Shown: positions 46,736 through 55,581, numbered from the stretch's first letter. The stretch: 64,000 nucleotides of DNA from an uncultured Chthonomonadaceae bacterium (GCA_964429855.1 CAYSDM010000001.1:106240-170239); one strand, 5' to 3'. Made by a program: numbers and translations. Notes: generated by a model from the letters alone, not told the origin.

Positions 46736-47964
46736 CACTGCGCCTCGATCAGATCGCGCGTCATTTCGACCCATTTTCGCAGACGGGGACGGTCGCCGTT
46801 AATCCGGTAGACATCGCGGAAGATGATCTCCAGATTACATCCATGAAACGCCTCCAGCGTCTCGGCGATGTCCTGCCGCAGTGCGCTCCAATCGGGCGAG
46901 TCGCCGGAGATGGGCGCGGGGCGCGGCTTGCGCGAAAAGACGACGCTCTGTCCCGCCATCTCCGCCATCTTCCGCATGTCGCACCAGGGAGAGATAGAGA
47001 CGGCGCGAATGTGGGGGATCGCCTCGATGATTCGCGTCCAGCGATCATGCACCGGCTCGCAGCAGCCGTAGTAGATCAGCCCGAATCTTGCGCTGACCTC
47101 CGCCATATAGGGAAGGAAGAATTCGCCGAACATCCGGGGCGAGATGCATACGGTCTCCTGCGACTCCATCCAGAGCCACAGGTCTTTCAACCGCGCTACT
47201 CCGGGAGATGGAGGCGGCAGCGCGGTGGTATAGCCGGGGCTTCCTGAGCCGACGAATGTCCAGAGGTTGTTCGATCCGAGCAGCCCCTCGCGCTCCATCC
47301 AGTCGAACATCGCCAGACGGTCATCGCGCAGAAATGCCATGATCCGATGGATCGCCTTCGGTTCATCATAGAGCCAGGTCAGCAGACGATCATTGCCGAT
47401 CAGTTTGTAAAGATCGCTCGTGAGTCCGGCATGAAGCGCGGTCGTTCCATGCAGGATGACCGGCAGAAGGTCACCGAATGCCTCTGTCAGACGCTCCACC
47501 TTTCGCTCTGTGGAGGGGCGATCCACCTTCCAGCTTCTGGGCTGAAGCCGGACAATGTCGGCGGGAGCGCGGATGGGATGATCGAAGGCGTATCCGACAT
47601 GCCCGCCCTGCATATCCACCGCGTGTGTGGCGCGGATTTCCACGCCGTAGCCGGTTCCGCTGATGTCCCATCCGACGCGCCAGCACGGTTCAAGAACGGT
47701 ATCATCGCCGATCTCTTCCGCCTGTCGGATCGTCGCGAGCATATTCCACTCCACGCTTCGGAAGAGCGGGTCTTCGCACTGAAGCTCCCTCTCCGACAGG
47801 TAGTCCTCCAGCGTCCAGGTCTCGAACAGCACCATCGGACGCTCGGCGCGCAGGTCTTTCAGCGCGGTCCACTGCCGTTTACGCTCCTGCATGACGGGCT
47901 GTTCCGCGATCTCTCTCCAGCGCGCTGCGAGCGCGCGTATGCGGCTGCGATCCTGTGGATTCAT
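46735..47964 (-). CDS. Hypothetical protein, weakly URO-D/MtaA-like TIM-barrel C-terminal half
   Basis: 409-aa ORF with coding-like composition. The C-terminal YYGCCEPVHDRW..IPHIRAVSISPWCD pattern resembles the metal/substrate-site region of this superfamily. Tentative. Confidence 0.7.
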   Translation of the reverse strand: MNPQDRSRIRALAARWREIAEQPVMQERKRQWTALKDLRAERPMVLFETWTLEDYLSERELQCEDPLFRSVEWNMLATIRQAEEIGDDTVLEPCWRVGWDISGTGYGVEIRATHAVDMQGGHVGYAFDHPIRAPADIVRLQPRSWKVDRPSTERKVERLTEAFGDLLPVILHGTTALHAGLTSDLYKLIGNDRLLTWLYDEPKAIHRIMAFLRDDRLAMFDWMEREGLLGSNNLWTFVGSGSPGYTTALPPPSPGVARLKDLWLWMESQETVCISPRMFGEFFLPYMAEVSARFGLIYYGCCEPVHDRWTRIIEAIPHIRAVSISPWCDMRKMAEMAGQSVVFSRKPRPAPISGDSPDWSALRQDIAETLEAFHGCNLEIIFRDVYRINGDRPRLRKWVEMTRDLIEAQ

Positions 47965-47982
47965 CTTCTCATCTCTTGTCCG

Positions 47983-48738
47983 TTACATTCCCGCCTGCGT
48001 GATCCTTCCGCCCGTAACCGGAAGGTATGCGCCGGTAACATAGGAAGCCAGGTCGCTCAGGAAGAAGACGCAGCCGTTTCCAATCTCTTCCGCGCTGCCA
48101 TGACGCCGGAGCGGAATGGTTTTCGCGAAGTTACGCGATCCCTCCGATTCGGTGTTAACCTTCTCATCCGCCATCCAGCCGGGAGCCACCATATTGACGG
48201 TGATATTCTCCGGTCCGAGTTCGCAAGCCAGCGAGCGCGACAACCCCACCATCGCCCCCTTGCCCGCCATATAGACCGACCAGCCGGAAGGAGCAAGGTT
48301 CCACAGTTCCGTCACGATGTTCACGACCCGACCGCCGCCCTGCTTGCCGAACACGGGGCGCGCTGCGTTGATGGTATTGACGACCGCCTTGCAGCCGAAG
48401 TCGAAAGAGTTGCTGTAGTCCGCCCAGGTCGCCTCCGTCAGCGTGCCGCTCTGACGACCGGCAATCGCGTTATTCACCACGCCGTCCAGACGCCCGAATG
48501 TCTCCACAACGGCGCTAATCATGGCGGTGACCGCGTCCGGATCGCGGACATCCGCGCCGAAAGCCTGCGCCTCTCCACCGGCGGCGACGATCTCCGCAAC
48601 CACCGCTTCCGCCTTCTCTTTGCTGGCGGAGTAGTTGACGGCAACGGTCGCTCCCTGACGCGCCAGAACGCGCGAAATCGCCGCTCCGATGCCCCTTCCT
48701 CCGCCAGTCACCAGAACTACTTTTCCTGTCAACAACAT
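47983..48738 (-). CDS. SDR-family oxidoreductase (FabG-like)
   Basis: Start at ATG 48738 after GAGGGAG. TGGGRGIG, NNAI, YMAGKGA (Y-x3-K), and YVTGAYLPVTGG tail. Confidence 0.9.
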   Translation of the reverse strand: MLLTGKVVLVTGGGRGIGAAISRVLARQGATVAVNYSASKEKAEAVVAEIVAAGGEAQAFGADVRDPDAVTAMISAVVETFGRLDGVVNNAIAGRQSGTLTEATWADYSNSFDFGCKAVVNTINAARPVFGKQGGGRVVNIVTELWNLAPSGWSVYMAGKGAMVGLSRSLACELGPENITVNMVAPGWMADEKVNTESEGSRNFAKTIPLRRHGSAEEIGNGCVFFLSDLASYVTGAYLPVTGGRITQAGM

Positions 48739-48829
48739 GATCGCTCCCTCTCTTTCCGAAAGATCATTCCCTTTCAAGATGGCTGTTTACTAAGCATTCG
48801 GTCTTCGGCAGAGGAACCCCTTTTTCAAA

Positions 48830-50251
48830 CTACGGGGAGTGCGCTCGCAGCTTCGCGGGCAGCTCTTCCAGTGTAATAACCCGATCCTGAGAGAAGATTC
48901 GCTTCAGTTCCGACGCAGACATCTTTCGCGGTCCGAGATCGCCGACCCAGGGCAGGAAGAACGACCAGCGAACCCCGAAACGAAGCATCTTTTCGATATC
49001 CGGCACGCCTCCGAACTCGGTCAGCGCGAGCAGTTTCCTGCCGTTGAGAGTCTGCTGCAGCGATTCCCAGGTTCCGCTCAACGGATCGCCTGGATCACCT
49101 GGGTAGGAGTCCATGCCGATAATGTCTACCAGATCGTCGCCGGGGTACCACTCCGACGGAAAACCGGTATAGACCCAGATCAGGTTGTGCAGTCCATGAT
49201 AGCGCGTCAGGCGGTCGAACATCAGCCTCCAGAGCTTGCGGAAAGGTTCCGATCCCTTCGCTCCCCACCAGAACCAGCGCCCGTCCGCCTCATGGAGCGG
49301 ACGCCAGAGAACCGGGATGTCGGCGTTCGCCAGCTTGCGAAGCTGTGCGGCAATCGCGTCAATATCGCGCAGAATCAGCCGGTAGTCCTCGGATCTCGGA
49401 TCGGCGAGAGCGCGCTGCACGTCGAACGTGGTGGCGTTGGTGTAGAACCCTTTGTACCATCGCGCATCTATCGTCTGTCCGCGAGAGTCGGTATAGGTCT
49501 TATCCCGCAAGCCGGAGGGCGCGTTCCAGTGCCACATCAGCGTGAGAATGTGACCGGCGCGGGCGCGGCGGATAAACCGCTCGGTGAGTCCTTCGGGGTT
49601 TGCGCCATAGGCTATGCGCGAGGGGGAGTAGTCCATAAAGTCCCCGCCGAAGATCGCGGGCGCTCTTCCTGTTGTCCGTAGAATGTAGTCCGAATCCTCT
49701 TCGCCGTACTGCCCGGAGAGCGTCTTGTCACCATAGAGGTCTACCAGATAGCGCATCAGTGCGCGCGTCTTCGGCGTTGCCTGGCGATCCGCCAGTGTGA
49801 GGGGAGGTTTCTGTGGAGGAGGCGCAGGGCGGGCAGGCGTCAGTTCCAGATAGTCAATATCGAAGTAGCCCCATCCTTTCTCCAGAACCAGAGTATTTTC
49901 GCCCGCTTTCAACTCCACCTTCCCGGCAAAGACGGAGGCGAATGCCGATGCGGTTGGCGGGAACATCCCGGAAATGCGGCCGCCATTAACGTTCAGATCG
50001 TAGCCCTTTTCGCCATGCGGCGCGCTGTAGCCGACCTTCACCGCGTAGAGTCCCGCCTTTGCCCTGACCGTGAAGGTGATCCGATCTCCCTCCTTATCAA
50101 AGCCGGTCACATAGCCTTTGCCGGAGAAGCCGGGGCGCGCGTTTTCGGCGGCGACGCCGACAAGCTGCGCCTCTTCCGCCTCCAGCCGAATGCTCTCCTG
50201 CGGGATGGGAAGCGCGGAAAGGGCGGTTATCAGCAGAACCTGAGGATACAT
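48830..50251 (-). CDS. GH26 beta-mannanase with N-terminal CBM6/CBM35-like domain
   Basis: RPLHEADGRWFWWG is the GH26 signature. The N-terminal segment AEEAQLVG...GYVTGF.. is a carbohydrate-binding-module pattern. AAGGAG SD upstream. Confidence 0.9.
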   Translation of the reverse strand: MYPQVLLITALSALPIPQESIRLEAEEAQLVGVAAENARPGFSGKGYVTGFDKEGDRITFTVRAKAGLYAVKVGYSAPHGEKGYDLNVNGGRISGMFPPTASAFASVFAGKVELKAGENTLVLEKGWGYFDIDYLELTPARPAPPPQKPPLTLADRQATPKTRALMRYLVDLYGDKTLSGQYGEEDSDYILRTTGRAPAIFGGDFMDYSPSRIAYGANPEGLTERFIRRARAGHILTLMWHWNAPSGLRDKTYTDSRGQTIDARWYKGFYTNATTFDVQRALADPRSEDYRLILRDIDAIAAQLRKLANADIPVLWRPLHEADGRWFWWGAKGSEPFRKLWRLMFDRLTRYHGLHNLIWVYTGFPSEWYPGDDLVDIIGMDSYPGDPGDPLSGTWESLQQTLNGRKLLALTEFGGVPDIEKMLRFGVRWSFFLPWVGDLGPRKMSASELKRIFSQDRVITLEELPAKLRAHSP

Positions 50252-50292
50252 CCGATCTCCTTTCGCTTCGGGAGTAAGCCTCTTCCGGAGCC

Positions 50293-51405
50293 TCAGTAGT
50301 CTCGATGCTGCTCATAGACCTCCAGTGCATAGCGGTAGCTGTCGTAGCTCACGTTCGGGGTGACGGAGTGATCGGTTCCGAAGACGTACCGGGCATTCCG
50401 CGCCTTCATGCCCTCGACGATCTCCGAAACACCCCGGCGGATCGTCTCACGATCGTTGCTCTCCAGAATCCGCACATCCAGCCCGCCGATGAAAGCCAGA
50501 TCACTGCCGTACTGGTCGGCAAAGGCAAACAGGTCGCAGCCCGCTTTCACCTCCATCGGATTGAGCGCGTCGAATCCGGCTTCAAGAATAAGCGGAAGGG
50601 CTTTCGTGATCCCGCCGCAGGAGTGCAGCACCACCGGCAGATCGTATTCGTGGAAGAAGGAGACCAGTTCCGTAAAATAGGGGAAGATAAGCTGTTTCAG
50701 AAGCCGGGGCGAGGCGAATAAGCCATTCCGATATCCCAGGTCTTCATAGACCCAGATTCCGTCTGGCAGTCCCGCCTGCTCAAAGAGGGCGCGGTAGTGT
50801 GCCTTAAAGAAATCGGTATAGACGCGGTTATAGTCGTGAATCCATCCCGGATCGAGCGCGAGGCTCTCATACATGGTGATGTCGCCCATGCTCTGGCGCA
50901 TCGTCTCAAAGATGAATAGATGCCCGTAGAATGTCCAGCGGTTATCGGCGCGCCCGGCTTCCAGCGCTCGCGTATGGGCGGCGATGTCCATGCGCTGCGG
51001 GTCTACCGAGAGCAGATAGCTTCGATAGTCCCGCTCCCAGATTTCGCGGCTGGTCATCAGGAAGTCAATATGCTCCGGCGTGCCGGATTTATGTTTCCAG
51101 TATTTGAGCGCAGCGCCGGCCCCATTGCGCACCACCTGCCACTCGTCCGTCTCTTCCAGCACCTCACGATAGCCGCGCAGGGGATTCACATCGAACCATC
51201 CTCCGCAGGAACGCATATCGTAGCCGAAGTAGATCGCGGGATCGGCGGGAATAGGAGCTTTCGCATCGGAGGGGGTGCCGTCGGCAGTCGGGTAGCCCTG
51301 ATCCACCCACAGGCGAGGCGTCTCCGGCCAGAAGTGGTCGAACAGCCCGACCCGATCCGGGCTGCCTTTGCGTAGTAGCTGATGAATCCGCGTTTGTGAG
51401 TCCAT
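50293..51405 (-). CDS. Uroporphyrinogen decarboxylase (URO-D) superfamily protein
   Basis: IHQLLRKGSPDRVG.., YEDLGYRNGLF.SP, VLHSCGGITKALPLILEAGFDALNPME, and DHSV tail. GGGAGGA SD upstream. Confidence 0.8.
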   Translation of the reverse strand: MDSQTRIHQLLRKGSPDRVGLFDHFWPETPRLWVDQGYPTADGTPSDAKAPIPADPAIYFGYDMRSCGGWFDVNPLRGYREVLEETDEWQVVRNGAGAALKYWKHKSGTPEHIDFLMTSREIWERDYRSYLLSVDPQRMDIAAHTRALEAGRADNRWTFYGHLFIFETMRQSMGDITMYESLALDPGWIHDYNRVYTDFFKAHYRALFEQAGLPDGIWVYEDLGYRNGLFASPRLLKQLIFPYFTELVSFFHEYDLPVVLHSCGGITKALPLILEAGFDALNPMEVKAGCDLFAFADQYGSDLAFIGGLDVRILESNDRETIRRGVSEIVEGMKARNARYVFGTDHSVTPNVSYDSYRYALEVYEQHRDY

Positions 51406-51514
51406 CCTGTCCTCCCGACTGGAATCGCGGAGGCGCTCCTGCTGGAAACGCCGACAGGAGCGCCTGAAGATGCGTAACCGCCTGATACTATTCTACTGAC
51501 GGCATGCGTCCTAC

Positions 51515-51850
51515 CTATTCCGCCATGCCCACGGCGAGCGCCGTCTGTCTGGTACTGGAAAGGCAGGAGGTCTGCCGGGCTTTCTTGCGTGCCTGCGCAA
51601 AGACCGGAAGGAGGATCACTTCCAGAATCGCGATCATGGCGATAGCGACGAGCAGTTCAATCCGCGTACAACCTCTCTGAAGCGAGCGGATCAGGGCGTT
51701 GGGGGTGAAGTGCAGTTCGGAGGCAGCCTGCAAGACGCGGTCACAGGTCTGAGAAGCGGGGTACTTCTGGCCGTTGAGGATATTGGAGACGGTTCCAACA
51801 GAGACACCCGCACGGCAGACTATATCGCGTATGGCAGGGCGGCGTCGCAC
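51515..51850 (-). CDS. LacI-type HTH headpiece fused to a type IV pilin-like (prepilin class III signal) N-terminal helix; short, possibly truncated
   Basis: The GTG 51850 start (GAAGGA SD 9 nt upstream) gives (M)RRRPAIRDIVCRAGVSVGTVSNILNG..ASELHFTPNALIRSLQRG-CTRIELLVAIAMIAILEVILLPVFAQARKKARQTSCLS..., ending about 25 aa after the helix. The upstream part of track ORF 51515..52189 runs through two tRNA genes, so I reject it. Confidence 0.6.
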   Translation of the reverse strand: MRRRPAIRDIVCRAGVSVGTVSNILNGQKYPASQTCDRVLQAASELHFTPNALIRSLQRGCTRIELLVAIAMIAILEVILLPVFAQARKKARQTSCLSSTRQTALAVGMAE

Positions 51851-51879
51851 TACGGGGATTCCTTCAAGTTTTTTTATAC

Positions 51880-51931
51880 TAGATTCAACGACTGCTGTTC
51901 TGAATCTACCTTCCTTCAATCTCAATGTCAA
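51880..51931 (-). promoter_or_regulatory. Predicted promoter (TTGACA - 17 nt - TAGATT) with overlapping 8-bp inverted repeat
   Basis: On the complement, TTGACA is at 51931..51926 and TAGATT at 51908..51903. The inverted repeat TAGATTCA (51880..51887) - N13 - TGAATCTA (51901..51908) overlaps the -10. Confidence 0.4.
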
Positions 51932-52056
51932 GAGTAATTGTGAATTTATTAACGAGTGTTTTCTAGGACTTTCCTGCAGGTGCGTGTTGAAAGAGAGGAC
52001 AATGCTACAGAAGGGAAAGCAGTTTCCGGAAGCAGGCGGCGTGAGGAAGAAAGGAG

Positions 52057-52128
52057 AGCGGGAGACGGGTTTCGAACCCGCGACCTCCTCCTTGGCAAGG
52101 AGGCGCTCTACCACTGAGCTACTCCCGC
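52057..52128 (-). tRNA. tRNA-Gly (anticodon GCC)
   Basis: The complement reads GCGGGAGTAGCTCAGTGGTAGAGCGCCTCCTTGCCAAGGAGGAGGTCGCGGGTTCGAAACCCGTCTCCCGCT. It folds into a cloverleaf by hand with anticodon loop TTGCCAA. CCA is not encoded. Confidence 0.93.
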
Positions 52129-52147
52129 ATCGCTCTGTACGGCGCGG

Positions 52148-52231
52148 TGGTGGGCGAGAGGAGAGTCGAACTCCTACGCCTTTCGGCACTAGTTCCTAAG
52201 ACTAGCGTGTCTGCCATTCCACCACTCGCCC
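52148..52231 (-). tRNA. tRNA-Leu (anticodon UAG), long variable arm, CCA encoded
   Basis: The complement reads GGGCGAGTGGTGGAATGGCAGACACGCTAGTCTTAGGAACTAGTGCCGAAAGGCGTAGGAGTTCGACTCTCCTCTCGCCCACCA, with anticodon loop CTTAGGA. Confidence 0.93.
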
Positions 52232-52293
52232 GATGGGATACGGCACGGATTTTCAGACAGCGAAGAGAATTATATCACGCCTTCCCTCGCTTG

Positions 52294-55200
52294 TCAAGGC
52301 TTTATTCGCACCGGAATCAGAGCGCGAAACAGCCTCCCGTTCTCCATACGCGCATTCCAGATGTCCGTCTGCTCGTCGGTATCGTAGGTCCAGTGCAGGA
52401 AACCGACGAATCCCCGCTCCAGCGCGCGCCAGATATGCTTGGTCAGCAGATCTGCTGCCTGATCCGCCGACGGAACGGCTCCTTTGAAGACCCCGCACTC
52501 TCCCATCAAAATCGGTTTGCCAGCGCGCCGGCAGGCTTCGCGAACCGCCTCCCATTCGACGCTCTTCAGATCACGCTCCAGACTCGCCTCGTCGGTCGAA
52601 TAGAGATGAATGTCCAGATAGGACAGACGGGTCTCCGCCAGCGCCAGCGGGCGCGCCGGAAAGCGCGGATCGGGACTCTTATCCTGTGACAGGCGTCCCG
52701 GACCGGAGCGACCGACGGCGGCGAAGGTGAAGACATTCGCGCTGACCATCATGTCCGGGTCTACGCGGTGAACCGCCTCGACACAGGCATCTGCCAGCGC
52801 CTGCGTTCCGGCGTCCGCGAGTCGCTGCAGGTCATCGTCGGAGGTCCGCGAGTATGTTTTCCCCTGAAAGACGACCGATCCGCGCCGGGGGGAGAAGGGA
52901 GGTTTCGTCGCCATCAGATGGGTCTCATTGTCCAGTTCACAGGCGAAGACGGAGGAGAGCAGTCCCCGATCCTGCTTCGCAATGGCGGCGGCGAAGTCCG
53001 CCATATACCGCGCTTTGGCGGCAATGTATCCCGGATGAAGCAGGGCGAGGTTTTCGCCCTCCACCCCGGAAGGCGCGGGCTGATTCGGGCGATAGGGAGG
53101 CGTGTCGGGCAGGTAGCACATGGCGAAGATCACATAGAGGCGGTGCCGTCGGGCGCGAGCGAGAAAGTCACAGACGTTCGCCATGTAGGCGGGGGACAGC
53201 TCCTTCGCCTCTTTCGTCGCGACGCTGCCCGCTCCTGGCATCGGGTCAATAAAGACCCGGACGATGTTGAAGCCATTTGCGGCGATGTCGGAGAGAGCGG
53301 GTTCGGCGCGCTCCGGACGGTAGCTGTTCGGGTTGAAGGTGTCGTGCCACAGATAGCCTTCGTTGCGGACCCGGATATAGTTGAAACCGCGCGGTCGGAA
53401 GACCTTTCCGGTCTTTGCTTCGATGAATTGACCGTTACGCGCCGCGATACGCGGCAGGGGAGAGGTTTTTTGGGGGGACGGCTTAATCACAACCATGATC
53501 CCGTCTCTCGCCGGAACCTCCACCGTAACAGGGAACCTGCGTCCATCGGCGGAGGGCAGCGCAACGGTTCCGCCGGGCGTCGTCTGCAGCAGGCTCCACC
53601 GTTGAGCCTTTCCCATTCCGTACCGGTCAGCGTCCAGCAGGCAGGAGACGCGGTGCGGACGGGTGTCGGCGTTGGCGAGGAGCAGCGCGAAGCTTCCGTC
53701 CCTTCCTCTCCATAGCGCGGCATGGACGGCTTTAAGGGTCACCTCGCGATCGCCCTTCCAGGTGTTCCAGCGTCCGGTGAGATCGGGCAGATCGTTCTGC
53801 GGGCGTACGACGGCGAGCAGTTCGCCGTAGACAAGATAGTCGCCGGCGATAGCCCGCAGTCGCGCCAGGCGCCCCTGAAACTCCAGCTTGGCGGCGTGCT
53901 CCGGCGCGACGATCTCCGCGCCTTCCCATCCAAGCTGCGTTCCCCAGACGAAATCGCGCGCCTGACAGAGAGCAAACGCCGTATCGCCTCCCGCCAGGGC
54001 GCGGTTGCTGGCGAAATAGAGCGTGTAGCCGCTGTAGACCGCCGTCGTCATCGGAATCTCATGCTGTTCGCGGGGAGTCCAGGTGAGGAAGGCGTCCACA
54101 TTGTCCATATAGGGTTCGGCGTCGTTCTCGGTGGTCAGACCGACCTGCCGCTGCGCCGAAACCGCCCATCGCTTGATGGGCGTGAGCATCTGGCGGTAGC
54201 CGTCTACCCACCAACGCCCGGAACCCAGTGTGTGCCGGTGCGCGGGATCGAAGCAGAGACGCGGGGGCGCGGAGGCGATCTGATCGAGATAGACGGCATT
54301 GACTCCGCACTCCTCGCCCAACCGCCGGACGATCTGCGCCACGCGCTCCTGCCAGAAGGCCTGGGTGGGGCACATCACCGCCAGTTTCGCGCCGGAGCCA
54401 TACTCTTCGATCAACGGATTGCCCTGCGGGTCTTTCGCGCTGAAGGGTTTCGCCAGCGGAAACTCCCGGTTGGCGATGTCCCAGAGTCGCGCATTGATAT
54501 AGGGCATCACCACCACGCCCTCGCGCTTCAGTTCGGCCACGCCTTCCGCAAATCCGGGCTTAACGGGAAAGTAGGCGGGGTAGTCGGTATCGAAGGGAAT
54601 CTGATGCCAGTTATACCAGTGTACGCCGACCGGCGCGCCGACCGCCTGCGCGAACTTACGCACCACCGGAACCACCTGCTCCCGCGTACCCTGCCCCACG
54701 ATCCAGGCAGCGACTTTTTTCATCGCCTCCGGAACGTCGCTCCTTTTTGCCAGCGATCCCTTTTTCGTCCAGGGAGCCGACTTCAACGCCCAGGCGCGAT
54801 ACCGCTTGCAGCCGTCCATCCAGTCGCCGCAATAGGCCCCCAGCGCAAAGGCATAGGGAGCGTTCCAGCCGCTGCCCGGCTTTCCCATGTTCTCCGCCCA
54901 GGTGTTCACATGGAACTCGCCGCCCGGTGTCAGCGAAAACTGTTTGTGGCGCGCGCCGGGATCATGCGCCGCCAGATAGAGACCGCAATCGCCCTCCAGC
55001 AGCAGCATGAACTGCATCGGCATGTTGTGCGAGGGGTACTCTCCGGCAATGGTCTGAACCGCGCCCGCGTGGAGTTCGCCCCAGTTGCCGCGTCCGATGG
55101 CAATGTCCGCCTTGCCCGTCTCCGAGACCGGCGCGATCACCGGAAAATGCACGCCCCATAGCCCGGTCTGTCGGCTTCGGTTGTTCACCCACAGCCGTAG

Positions 55201-55581
55201 CTGCGCTGTATCACCGGTCGGGCTTAACCGGCAGGAGACGCGCACCGAAAACGCGCCCTTTTCTTCCGGCAGATTCAGACGCTCCCAGCGCAGGATGATC
55301 TCGCCGGGCTTTGTCTCTAGCGTCGGCGGCTCCGCCTGTGCGTTGTCTATCTTTACCTCGGAGCCGTCCGCGCGGCGGAAGGTCAGCCGCCACAGCAGGG
55401 GCCTGGACTCGGCGCGGCGCATAAAGGCGTGTCCATTCGGTCCGACAATACCGGCTAGTCCGCCCGTCTGCGGGCTGAACTCCAGCATTAAGCCGTTTCC
55501 AGTGATCTGCATGGCGGTTCCTTTCACGGAGAGAGTAAGACAGAACAGAGCTGACAGAAAAAGAGAAACAGACAGCTTCAT
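52294..55581 (-). CDS. Secreted two-module glycosidase: N-terminal about 700-aa module of unassigned family + C-terminal GH5-like (cellulase-type) TIM barrel
   Basis: Signal peptide MKLSVSLFLSALFCLTLSV. N-terminal module motifs: VHWYNWHQIPFDTDYP, VMPYINARLWD, AVYLDQIAS. C-terminal module: NGFNIVRVFID, FACELDNE, SYLDIHLY, and the GECG pattern of clan GH-A. Confidence 0.8.
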   Translation of the reverse strand: MKLSVSLFLSALFCLTLSVKGTAMQITGNGLMLEFSPQTGGLAGIVGPNGHAFMRRAESRPLLWRLTFRRADGSEVKIDNAQAEPPTLETKPGEIILRWERLNLPEEKGAFSVRVSCRLSPTGDTAQLRLWVNNRSRQTGLWGVHFPVIAPVSETGKADIAIGRGNWGELHAGAVQTIAGEYPSHNMPMQFMLLLEGDCGLYLAAHDPGARHKQFSLTPGGEFHVNTWAENMGKPGSGWNAPYAFALGAYCGDWMDGCKRYRAWALKSAPWTKKGSLAKRSDVPEAMKKVAAWIVGQGTREQVVPVVRKFAQAVGAPVGVHWYNWHQIPFDTDYPAYFPVKPGFAEGVAELKREGVVVMPYINARLWDIANREFPLAKPFSAKDPQGNPLIEEYGSGAKLAVMCPTQAFWQERVAQIVRRLGEECGVNAVYLDQIASAPPRLCFDPAHRHTLGSGRWWVDGYRQMLTPIKRWAVSAQRQVGLTTENDAEPYMDNVDAFLTWTPREQHEIPMTTAVYSGYTLYFASNRALAGGDTAFALCQARDFVWGTQLGWEGAEIVAPEHAAKLEFQGRLARLRAIAGDYLVYGELLAVVRPQNDLPDLTGRWNTWKGDREVTLKAVHAALWRGRDGSFALLLANADTRPHRVSCLLDADRYGMGKAQRWSLLQTTPGGTVALPSADGRRFPVTVEVPARDGIMVVIKPSPQKTSPLPRIAARNGQFIEAKTGKVFRPRGFNYIRVRNEGYLWHDTFNPNSYRPERAEPALSDIAANGFNIVRVFIDPMPGAGSVATKEAKELSPAYMANVCDFLARARRHRLYVIFAMCYLPDTPPYRPNQPAPSGVEGENLALLHPGYIAAKARYMADFAAAIAKQDRGLLSSVFACELDNETHLMATKPPFSPRRGSVVFQGKTYSRTSDDDLQRLADAGTQALADACVEAVHRVDPDMMVSANVFTFAAVGRSGPGRLSQDKSPDPRFPARPLALAETRLSYLDIHLYSTDEASLERDLKSVEWEAVREACRRAGKPILMGECGVFKGAVPSADQAADLLTKHIWRALERGFVGFLHWTYDTDEQTDIWNARMENGRLFRALIPVRIKP

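Noticed and set aside
51851-52189. The upstream part of track ORF 51515..52189, which would make a 224-aa protein
   Set aside because: It reads straight through the tRNA-Gly and tRNA-Leu genes and an AT-rich promoter region. The LacI HTH begins right after GTG 51850, which has an SD.
51860-52300. The tRNA pair as an integration site of a genomic island
   Set aside because: I found no integrase, no transposase and no direct repeat of a tRNA 3' end in the window. The adjacent operon has the same GC-rich composition as the rest of the window.
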